A DNA stretch of 64,000 nt. Source: Blasia pusilla. Taxonomy: Eukaryota. This document shows, in pieces, positions 25,047 to 36,283 of this stretch. The notes below the pieces were generated by a model. That model was not told the origin of the DNA and made no database searches. It saw nothing but the letters and a program-made list of their open reading frames with translations. Location of the stretch: the NCBI GenBank assembly GCA_050084515.1, contig CM114271.1, positions 34,348,001 through 34,412,000 on the forward strand. The letters run 5' to 3'. The position numbers were made by a program, and so were the translations under genes. Each line of letters opens with the position of its first letter. The first letter of the stretch is position 1.

Positions 25047-28000
25047 TTGGTGTATTTCAAGTTATGATCTAGAATATCGCTTGAGATGCACATTGAGGGA
25101 ATAATCGCCATACTATTGCTTATGTGAGAGATTGTGGAGATTTTAAGAGAGTCGAGGCATGGACCTTCCTAAGGAGATGGGATGTACATCAAAAGACTTG
25201 ACACTGAATACCACTTGATATCTTTGCCAACTCTATTTATGAAATATGTGACTTGTTGGGTCTTGGAGACCCAACTCAAGTGTTATGCTCATAGGTCTTA
25301 AGGTGAACTATCGTTGTGAGGCTAGCGAGAAGGATTATAGAAGCTGCTCTATGATGCAAATCTCTCTTTGGCTACTTTGTGTAGATGTGTATGGGGGACG
25401 CTAGGTGCCCACTAGCCACATATATCAACTTGGTAGCTCCTTGAAATTTTATAAATTAATGGAAATTAATATTTTTCATGATGATATTTTCCGCATTGAA
25501 TGTGTTTAATGTGAATTAAACCACACAAGAGTGGTGAAAAATACATAATATGCTTAGTGGTCCATAATGGGTAGCAATATATGTCGGACGTTAGAGGATT
25601 TGTATGAGAATCTACTATTGAAAATAATGATCATTTGAAGTAATTTGAATGCCATTAATTTAGTGCATTGGGATGTAGTCATACTTGTATAATACTTCGC
25701 AACTAATTTTTGAGTCCTTTGTAGCTCAATAGTTTCTTTTTTGCAAGTACTTATCTTTACAATCACAACATACTCACAAAGTACCAATATACTATAAGAG
25801 ACGCCCCTTATCATGTAGATGGCTACATCTATCTTTGGGTTTTGGAATCAGGAAGAGAGTGAAAATGTTGGAGAGCCATCCTTCATAACCATAACAGAGC
25901 CAAAAAAAAAGACTTTGAGAGTCTAGAACCTTTTTTGGGCTCTCAAAGGTTGCAAATATTTCCGAGTGTGGCTTTGCATGTGGTTTTTTTAGCTAATATT
26001 TTGAGTAAAAAATACAAGTACTTTTGTTACTTGATTTTCAAGACCCTCATAGACTCTTAAAAAGCCTTAGGTTTTGCCCTATTTCTTATATTGAAAGTTT
26101 TTCTCTCACACTCTTGGGAGCTGTTTGGGGGCTTGCATTGACAATGTGGTAGCAAGGAAGATGATGATAACAAGGAGGCATGACCATGATGTAACAAGAT
26201 ATCTTAGAGCTCTTGAAATTTTTTTGGGAGTTTGTGCCTTATTTTTAAGATAGGTTTGATGGGGTTTCAAACAAAGAAGAAATTGGTGGTCAACAATAGA
26301 TATTTAGGAATCATGTTATGAGTTGGCTCCCAATGCGGAAGAGCTGATGGGTTGAGGCTATTTTCCAAAACCTTTTTATGATTATGTTTCCATGATAATA
26401 GAGATCATTTAGGAGATTCAAAGAGTGAGACCATGAAAGATTTTCTCTAGGAAAAATGGATTACAAATACTTTAGTACTTGTAGATATTAGTTGAAAGGA
26501 AAAGAAATCCTTTCAAGTTTCCATTTGATTCATTTTCTCACACCTTGAGAATGTTGAGAAAAACTTAAGGGTTGGTCTTTCCATATACAAAGATTGTACC
26601 TAACTTCAAAGGGCTCCATGAAAACAATCAATGAGATAGTGGATTAGGTGGGATGAGAAATCAAAAAGTGATGGAGATCCCTATAGCAAAGGGTTAGGTG
26701 ATAATGAAAGTGACTAGTTGGGGATGAGAGTGCTAGAGGGAATTAACTGACAAAAGAATATCAAAGAAGTAGAAGCTTTAGAGTCTCTCACCCAATTTTT
26801 TTGTTAGCAATTTCAGAGAATTCATTATCCGTAGCTTGAACCATTATTGCAAGTTTACGGTGGTTGTAGTGAAGGGCCAACTAATGGAGCATTTGGGCAT
26901 AATATTTACAATCCCCAATAATTTGTAACACAAAAACTTCAAGGGTTGTATATTCAACCCTAATAGGGTTCCTCTCAAGGGATGCAACCGAGGTTTACAA
27001 TATCTTAAAAAAAGGTAAGTCCATGGTGTACATGCTTGCACCGAATCAAGAAGAGAGTGATAATTGCAAGTTCAAGGATCAACTTTGGTGAATGGCAAGA
27101 TTAGGAAAGACAAGGGGTGAAGACATGGTTATGGTTGAAGACTAGTTTTTGGTGAAAAGGAATGGAGTTGCTCATGGGGATGTAGGATGGGGCAAGATAG
27201 GTGGGGGAGCCTTTATTGGAGATGCTTGGGAAAGGAGGGTTTAACCTTTAGGAACCCTAGAAGTACATATAGATATAGACCTCTCTATTCCTTCATGCTC
27301 TAGTCTTGGAATGAGGACTTAACCTTGTTCATTTTTGTTCGTGTTTTAGGATTTGAGTTGAGGAATTTTCCATGATGCACCTTGAGGGATTAGTTGATGC
27401 GTTCTACCTTACGCTAGCGACATAAGGAGATTGGTTGAGGGTTAAGGCTAGAGCCTTTGATTGGAGATGGTATGGACCTTGGAAGTCTCACACTTGATTA
27501 TTTCTAGATGTCTTCATCGACTTAACCTACAAAGGGCGCGACTAGTTGGGATCTGCAAGATCCAAACCAAGTCTCAAGATAAGTGCTCTTTGCAAAGCAA
27601 GTAAGGAAGAGTAGAGGTTAGACTTTACGATGTTGTTTTAGAGAAAATCTCTAAACATACCATGGGTGGCCATGGGAAATTTTAGTAGAGGCGATCACCA
27701 TTATGAAAGAAAACGAAAAACCTAAGAAGGGAAGGCAAGAAAAAGGCCATTGATCTTGAGCTGCCCTAAGAGGTGAGAGGCTTGAGATGAGATGGAGTTG
27801 AGACAATAGGCTCCCATATTCCACATGAGGATCTGGGGAGACTTGCTAATAATTTTGACCATGATAAGGGATTGAAGAGAAAATGCCGTTTGGTGAGGAA
27901 TCTTCATTTACGACTCTTGACATCTCATAGAAGAAACTTGACCTCATAGGTCCCTATGCACCAGCAATCCTAACCCTATATCCAATCAAAGTCTTAAGTT

Positions 28001-28139
28001 ATAGTAATTATATATGATTCATGAATCCTAGTTAAGATAGTCGTGCTTAATTGATTAACAAAGATGAAGCTTTCTTATTTTATGTGAATACCAAATGTAG
28101 TACTTCGTGTGTCTAATAAGCTTGAATTTTATTCAATCT

Positions 28140-31100
28140 TCAATACTCCCCTTCAGAATCATATCGATATCTCTAACACCTAAATCAATTTTCTGCATCT
28201 CAACTTTATCTCTACACAATGCCTTTATAAAGATATTAGCAACTTGCTAATGTGTAGCTATACACATAAGTTCAATTTCTCCTAGAAGCACTTTTTCCTT
28301 GATAAAGTGATAGTGCATCTCTACATGCTTTGTTGGAGCATGAAACACAAGGTTATTAGCAATCTTAATGCTACTAATATTTTTTTATATATATTACACT
28401 TGATCAAAAGTTACTTACACCAATCTCAACATGCAATCAATAAAGCCACACCGCCTCACATGTTGTATTGGTTGCTCTTCTATACTCAACCTTTTTTAAA
28501 GATAAAATAAACGTAGGTTATTTTTTTGAAGCCCAACTTATAAGTGCGCTATCTTAGTTGAAGGAAAAACCAAATAGGGAATGCGTATTAGACACGATTC
28601 TTGCCTAAACAACATGTGTGAATCTTGTAATTGTAAAATTGGAGAAGGTTCAAATTGAAGCCCAAACTAAACCGAGAATTTTGCATATCGCATAATCCTC
28701 CTTGCAGAATCAATGAGGTTTTTGAGGTGCTTGCATGAATTGGCTAACTAAGTCAATTGCATAGCTAAAGTCTCACCTAGTAATAGTCAAATAGATCAAA
28801 CTTCCAACCATGCGTTTGTTTATATTGGAATTTGAAAGAAACTCTCCTTCATCCGCTTTTAGCTTCACACTCTTGTCTAACGGTGCAGAGATTGGCTTAC
28901 AAGCATCATACCATCTTTTGAAAGCATTTGAAGAACATACTGTCGTTGTAATAACCATATGCTCTTTCCAACATTGATAAACTCAACACCTAGGAGGTGT
29001 TTGAGTTCTTCTAAGTCCTTCATATGAAATTATGCTTATAATTTTAACATAATTTAGCATGATGTGAATCAAAATCTTAGATCTTAAACCTATGCTGTTG
29101 TAGGATGTATGTCTTCTTGCCATACCACGCTCTTGACGCTTGTTTGAACTTGTATAAAGCTTTCTTTAATCTGCATACGCGTAATAGAAATTATAGATGC
29201 TCATATCCAAATGGTTGAGCCATCTATACCTCCTTATGTGAATCTCCACTCAAAAAAAGGAATTCTCGATATCCATATGATGGTCTCTACTTCTTACTCA
29301 CTGCAATTGCAACCATTATTCTCGTATTTGCCATCTTTGCAACATAGCTAAATGTTTCCTTGTAATCGATACAAGATTGTTGTATATAGCCCTTGGCTAC
29401 CAACTTGGCTTTGTATCTATTCACTATACAATCTTGATTGTGCTTGACCTTTTAAACCTATCTACAACCAAAAGCTTCCTTACTAAAAGGTAAATCAACC
29501 AACTTGTCGTGTGCATACACATCGCTACACAACCCACATCACTGGTCACATCTACACACCACACAACACCAATCTTTCCAACACACGGGTCGAATCATCT
29601 ATAAACCAAACAAACTCACACATATACATCGAGATTCCACAACAAAATCAGAGTAGTAAAAACGGCTCATCCGGCCTAAAATTCCACTCTTGAATCTACA
29701 TTGACATATCGAATCACATCCATCCTCTACTATGAGGGAATGCGGATACTAGCACCCTAACTCCTACACACCCACATACGTTTATGCAAGAGAGGCGCTC
29801 CTAAGGCTCAACATGAGAATGATGGCTTGAGAAAGCCATCTCTCTCACTCTTATACTCTTGGGAAGAGCCAAAAGGCTCTTCCCCCAAAAGTAGCCCCCC
29901 CAACGGTAACCTACGTGCACAGGTTACCGGGTGACCGTTGACTCGGTCAATAGATCACTTGACGGACTAAGACCAAAATAGGAAAATGATTATAAATGGG
30001 GTTCCCCACGCAACAGACCTGTCGCCAACTTCATCCAACATCTCAGGATGAAGTTACATCCAAATAACACGCCGACTCTCTATACTGTCGAAGTGATAGA
30101 ACTCTACCTACGTCAAACTAAGATGTGACAAGCTTCCAAGTCTGTTGACTTCTTAATGCAACAAGCTCTTCCTCCATAACTTCAATATTTTCAACCTCAC
30201 ATGTAGCTTGTTCAAGATAACTTCATTCTTGTTCTTGTCATTATATATGCATGATATGTTACAAGAAACTCTTCATTTATGGATCTTTGAAGAGGATGTG
30301 TTACTCTACTTGATCTACAAAGTTATTTTTCAGAGGGGGATGCTTGTGACATTTAACTTGACCTCTGACTAGTGCCACTAGATTGAATACGTACTCTTTC
30401 CAACCATGGATTGAAATAATTAACTTAAGAGTCTAAGACCTCTCCTAACCCGACACTAGTACTTGGAGAATTTTTAAGGAATGTTTGTTGGTTTATAATC
30501 ATATTCTTCCCCTCAATACACATATTTAGAGGTGGAATAAGTTTAGATAGAGCATATCATGATTTCATCTCGTAAAAAATAACATTGTGACTAATAATAA
30601 GCTATCTTTAGGATAGAATGTAGCACTTATATTATTTAGTTTTATTAGTGTGGCCAATAAAGATTCTTGAATTTGAGATCTATTTTTACATTTTTCAGAA
30701 GGAACATGGGCATAAAAAATTGAACCTAAGACTTTTAGAAATCAGATTTATTTGTTGTGAAGACTTTGAATGGAGTCTTATTATGAACTCATGCTATTGA
30801 AGTTTAGTTGATTAAGAAGACTACGTGCGCTATCGCCTCTACCCACTACATATTAGACATGTTCTTCTCAATCAACATAGCTCCTGCCGCCTCAATAATC
30901 ACTAGAAGAAATCCTTGGTTTAATGACAAGGTTTTATGACTCATATATCACCATCAATGAGAAGAAATGACTAGTTATTGCAGAGATACAAAAGCCAAGT
31001 TATTTCTTCCACATAATTTGAATGATTAGCATGGTTTTTTGCAATGACATGAAAATATGAGTCATATTATTATGACTGCAATGCCCTTAGACAATATGGC

Positions 31101-31429
31101 AAGTAATTTGATAATTTAAACTAAATAGCAACAAATTTCAATAGATCAACAATATGTTTGATATTAAAAACAAAGTCTCTGATGTTTTGTGATCCTTTCT
31201 TCATTTGGTTCAATTTTTGTTCCAATTGAAGCTTTTTGGCCTTTTTAGATGTTTGGAACAACTTATCCAATACATCCTTGGCTTCCTTCAAAATATCAAC
31301 GTCTTGAATTTGATTAATTAATGACGAACTAATCGTTATTAAGATATAGTGGATTACTTGTCTTGCTAATTTGTTCCAAATGTAAACATTCAAGTCTGTT
31401 GAGTCATCTTTTGGTTTGCCTTCATTACT
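28140..31429 (-). mobile_element. Degenerate Ty1/copia retrotransposon (gag, integrase, RT, RNase H, PPT), interrupted by a solo LTR
   Basis: Minus strand: gag/UBN2-like KEAKDVLDKLF...KKLQLEQKLNQMKKG (31121-31420); integrase EAAGAML...WVEAIAHVVFLIN (~30800-30900); RT EEELVAL..QTW-LVDLP, RYKAKLVAKGYIQ...IDYKETF, MVGSLIYLTITR; RNase H KHVEMHYHFIKEKV; purine tract GAAGGGGAG at ~28146-28154. Confidence 0.85.
29505..30130 (-). mobile_element. Solo LTR (626 bp, TGTC...GACA termini) inserted in the copia RT
   Basis: Inverted 4-bp termini, flanks AACT/AGCT (4-bp TSD, 1 transition). Removing it restores the copia motif T-W-K-L-V-D-L-P. Homologous to 55021-55320. Confidence 0.85.
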
Positions 31430-32501
31430 TGTCATCACGTGGACAAAGTCCGTGTGGGCTCGAGTGCGGGCTCCATGATCCCGCGTTGCCCGCGGCCCGT
31501 GCACAGCGAGCATTCCACCCTTGCCTGCCCAGTGTGCATCATGCCCGACGCCAACTTTTTGGTCGGGCCCGTGTTGCAAATATGTAGGGCCTGCGTCGTG
31601 CCTTGTGATTCGTCGCCTCGGGCCCTAGCCTGCATGTGGGCTCTAAGGCCCGCAATGGAGCCCGCAAGCCCGCAAGCCCGCCTGCCCCCTCGACCTCCCC
31701 TCGCATGGCGGCCTGGGAGTGGTTGGGGCCAAGTTCGAACTTGGCCCCCCCCCTTCTTCCACTTTTCTCCCTTTTGGGTAAAATCCATAAGGGAAGGGCC
31801 CACAAGGGGCCCCAAAAACGTACATATGGAGGGGGATTTAAGGGGTTAATTACCTATTTATCCAAAATTTTAGTGATATTTTGGATTAGGCTCCAAATGT
31901 TTATGGTGCCTTGATAACTAAGGGCTCCCAAGGTTACTAGGAATTTTGCAGAAATCCCTTGGGTACCTTGATTTTATTTGGTACCAACTTGGATATTTGC
32001 GCTCCTTGTTGCATCCTAAAGAAACTCCAATTGACTCCACATTAGGTGAGTGTTTGTGAGTGTGGAATCTCTTGTTTCACTAAATTCTTTTGGTGATTTT
32101 GAGATTTATGATTCATAAACCCGAGTATTTTGATTTGTTTCATTGGTTCTCCTTAGCACATCGGGGATATGGGGTTGATCAAGGAACCTTATCTAAACAC
32201 ACCCATATCTACCTATTTCCTTTTAGTGCCCAACCGTAAACTTAGACCGCCGTTCCATCATTCACGCGCCCGTACATTCTGAGCCATTTTTTTAGCATCT
32301 CGCGTCATTATCTTTTCGGTATTTTCTTATCTCAACCCATACCTTTCTTTCCCTTGTTTTTTTACAAGATTTTATTATCTTCTTCATCCGAGAGTTGGGG
32401 CCATCCCTAGTGGGGTTGGGTCATCGAGAGCGGGAGAGAACCAAAATGAGTCTAACAATGGAGCCAAGAGACAAAGAGCAAATTCGAGGAATGATTTCAA
32501 C

Positions 32502-33772
32502 ATGGCCGTAAGAGAGGTATGGTTAGATTGGTTTTTCCAGCTTTCTTTAGATAAGAGACGATCCTACATTTCTAGGGGTATGGATGGTTTCCATGACTAC
32601 ACCTTGGAATTGGAGAGATTGTCCAATAGAGTGGCAAAGACGATTGAGTGGGAAGTGGATGTCGTGAAGGCTGATAGGTTAACTTAATTTTGTGCCCAAC
32701 AAGGTGTTAAACTAGAGAGACGGTATGTCGATCTCAAGACATATAAGGATGAGAAGCAGAATGCTGCAGAGTCGGCTCTCCTAGAAAGATTATGTGTAGA
32801 GTTAAGAAGTGCTCTACGTCTTTTCAAGGGACGTAGTACTTCAGTGGGGTTGACATTGACTGTTCTATGTGCAATAACATTCATTTCTGATATGAATGTA
32901 GTAGTAGGACATGGCCTGAGCAATATTCTGGGAACATGTTTACATGAAATTGTGTATGGTTGTAAAATAAATGGAACCCATGGCTTTAGGGAAGAAATGT
33001 ACTATTGCATGAAGGTGTTTAAGGAATCATCTCTATCAGGATCTAGAATATCAATGATGCGCGAGGAGTTATTTGCGAGTATTTTACATCGCGGTGTTGT
33101 TCGCATGGTGGGAAGGTTGATCGAGGATCCACCGCGTGCCATTTTTCCGTATTTTTCCATGGATATCTCAAAAATATGCCACGAGCATGCCATAACTTGA
33201 AGAACGGCGGGGGTAATCTAGGATGTCTGTCTCGCAATAGCATCACATGTCGTCTAGCTCGTGGATGCCCTTCTTGGTACCATAGAGACTGTCCACAAGC
33301 GTGGGGGTTTTTCATACTGACCTCCATGCTATGAACATGGTCATCCATTTTGGATCCAACTCTAGCCCATACATCGGCATTGGAGATTGGGGAAATGCCA
33401 TGTGGATTGATGAAATCTTAGAGTCTCCTCATAGATGGTGGCAGCATGAAGAAAAAAAATCATGTTGGGCATATAGCAATGAAGTTGAAAGCAGGGCTTC
33501 AGAATCTCCCTTTTAGCAAGGCCACAGAAATCTATGCCCTAGGAATGATTGTGAAGAATTTGAACTATGTGACATACAACCTCTATGTCAAAAATGCCCA
33601 AGCGAACGTGAGATTTACTTATTTGGAAAGGATTCAAAAGTGGGCATTAGCTCCGAATCCCTCTGATCGCAAAAGCTTAGAGTTTCTTATTGCATATATC
33701 AGAGCAAATGTGAAAGTATTAGGTGTAGACGATATAGATTCGGGATTAAGGCTAGTAACAATGGTAGTGTGA
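32502..33772 (+). pseudogene. Intronless atypical protein kinase pseudogene
   Basis: Subdomains in order: degenerate Gly-loop LGTCLHEIVY, YCMKVF (beta3 Lys), REE (helix C), HRGVVRMVG, FHTDLHAMN (catalytic loop), IGIGDWG (DFG-like), HIAMKL (APE-like), SKATEIYALGMI, PNPSDRKS. Stop at 32685 and frameshifts near 33170-33300 and ~33455. Confidence 0.75.
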
Positions 33773-33966
33773 TTGTAAATCCGTTTGGGGATTGGATATT
33801 TTTCATGAGAAATGAAAGACTTGGTTCAAAAATATGAATGTGTTACTATGAATTTTTGTAAATGATGAAGCTTGATTGATGTACAGATGTATCGTGTGTC
33901 ATCGTATCACTATTATTGGAATCATTTCTAAATCACCTTTCTTTTTGTATTTTGGTAAAAGAGAAG

Positions 33967-34752
33967 ATGGAGTTGCCATCTCATGAAGACCGTAGCCCTC
34001 ACGACAATGAGGGCGACAGAAGAGGGGAAGAACCCCTCCATACACCGAGACTAGAGATCCCTCCAAAGGTGAATAAGAAGATGGTCTTGCAATTCATCAC
34101 GAAAGATGAATTGAAGGTGCATATGGATAGCGCTATTGACCCACAAGTTTTGAAAAGAGAGTTCAAGAAGTCGCGGCTGAAGTGGATGAAGCGTGCCATT
34201 GGAGAATTTTCAAGGAAAGTGGAAGAGAATGAGTGGACAAAGGATTGGGCTTTATTCAATGGCGTCCGAAAGTACGAAGACCTCCCTAAGACGAAGAGGA
34301 AGTTTGTGAGCAAGGTATTTGTTCAGCTCAAAGTTGTGGAGTTGATGAAGGATATGGAGGTTAAATATGGCGATGTGGATGAGGGGTCTTCGAGAAGAGA
34401 TAAGAGACTAAGAGAAGGAGATAGTATAATCCCACCGCCACACTTTAAACGAGCAAGAGTGGAAGTGTCATCACCATGAGCGTCATCACGCCATTATCTG
34501 CAAGGTGGATTGTCAAGGAGCCTTAGAGCCATACTATCTTCCTTGGATGGTCAAAGAAGAAGTCGTTGTGCTGAAGAAGATATACAAGACGAGAGTGGAG
34601 ATGAAGGGCGAGTACAGATGGGGGCAAAGGATAGACGAGATGGTTTGAATGACCTCTATGTAGGTCGTAGTACGAGCTTTGATGAGACCGGGGATCACTA
34701 GAAGGAATATGGTGCTTTTAGCACTAAGGCACTCACAACTAGAGTCCACTAA
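33967..34752 (+). pseudogene. Uncharacterised charged-protein ORF with in-frame stops, probably TE-borne
   Basis: 171 open codons from ATG 33967; the same frame continues past TGA at 34477 (CGA>TGA-like) and TAG at 34699. No family recognised. Confidence 0.45.
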
Positions 34753-35001
34753 GAGTAAAATACAACTAATTGTAACTAAAGAGACTTGTGTGCGCATGAT
34801 ATAGTATCACTTAGAATGACTAGAGAATATGACTTGGTTTTTTAAAATATAATTGTAAAATTAATTTCTTATTAATTAATGGCATGTAACGTAGAATGAC
34901 TAGATTAGTGCAAAATAACTAAGACATGGAAATTATGATAAATTAATTTAAATTCAATTTTAGTCCATAATATGAGGTGTAAAAATAAGACTAGACTATA
35001 A

Positions 35002-35153
<152 letters not shown>

Positions 35154-35479
35154 CTGTTCGCTTTCTACTCGGGATTCCGACCGCTTTCCTTGTATTAATG
35201 AGCATCGATGCGGAGCTTGTAGGACGGGTGAAAACATTTGGAATAGTGGGCATTCCTTACTGAATCGCGCCGCGTAAAGTCATTTGTAGGGAGGAAAGTA
35301 GCGTAAGAGGTGTGGAGAAGAGTCGCGCCGCATACCGACATTCCTGCAGTAGAAGGGATGCGAAGGAGAAGAAGTGGACGGCTCGAGGATGCAAGAGTGG
35401 ACGTTCTGGTGCGCAGTTTGAGTATGTAAAGCGTTTGAGAAGGTGGATCTCTCTTTCCAAACTCTTACCACCTTCCAAA

Positions 35480-35700
35480 TGATCAAAGTTTGTATATTGT
35501 TTATCATCCCTGCAAACTGTCCTAAGAGTCTTTGCTCCACAAGAATCTCGGAGATGAAAATCCGTGGTCCATTCTCTAATTCGCCCTCCCCATTGAGGAG
35601 GTGGTTAGGCGGAGAGTACCATAGCGCACATAATGTTTTGGCAGGAAACCAAAGCTCATTGCGAATGATGTAGTTGAGATCAATTGTGCAATTGAATCTG
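35480..35700 (-). pseudogene. Fragment of a DUF1338 / 2-oxoadipate dioxygenase-decarboxylase (HGLS/FLO7-like) gene
   Basis: RNELWFPAKTLCALWYSPP...NGPRIFISEILVEQ resembles the plant DUF1338 segment RDELRFPAKKLRALWFSPP...NGPLPRIFISELLVDQ (recalled from memory). The rest of the gene is absent. Confidence 0.7.
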
Positions 35701-36283
35701 CTGAGGAGTATCATGCATGCCTTGATCTTGATGAAGCGTTAGCCCCTTGGTGGAACCGTGGATGGGAAGAGAGAAAAGCAACATACGATAAGGCTAGAAA
35801 GGAGGAAGAGTGGTACATGTGGAGGAAGAACATCAAGGAGTTGTCACTAGATTGGTGAGGTAATATATAGTATGAAATAGGTAATGATGTAGCAAAAAAG
35901 GCAAAGAGTGAGAGAGTATTTTCTTTCGAATTTTTTTAAAATGATATTTAAAATTCTTTTGTGAATGACGCTTTTTTGATGATGTTCCACATTTGACTTG
36001 CTATCTATTTTTTGGATCCATGATGCAGGTGATAGCTACAATGTTTGAATGGGGGAAATTGGAAGATTTACGACTTTGCTGTAGTTTATAATTTGACATG
36101 TAAATACCTATGGAGAAAAAATGATGTCTGAAATAGTCATTTTGGTTGATATCTTCTATTGATTGATCATGCGTCTGAATGTAAAATTGTATCATCCCTT
36201 AGAACACATGAAAAATAGATGTGAATGGAGGAGAGTTCTATATTATGTAGCCTATTTTTACACATATTATTTGGTCTATTAGA

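Noticed and set aside
25050-28130. Probable old LTR/gag relics (also 20300-20900 and 53300-54500)
   Set aside because: Too degenerate to assign domains or boundaries by eye.
32213-32228. TTTCCTTTTAGTG as a CACTA terminus
   Set aside because: It faces away from the TnpD gene, has no partner TIR or TSD, and is short enough to be chance.
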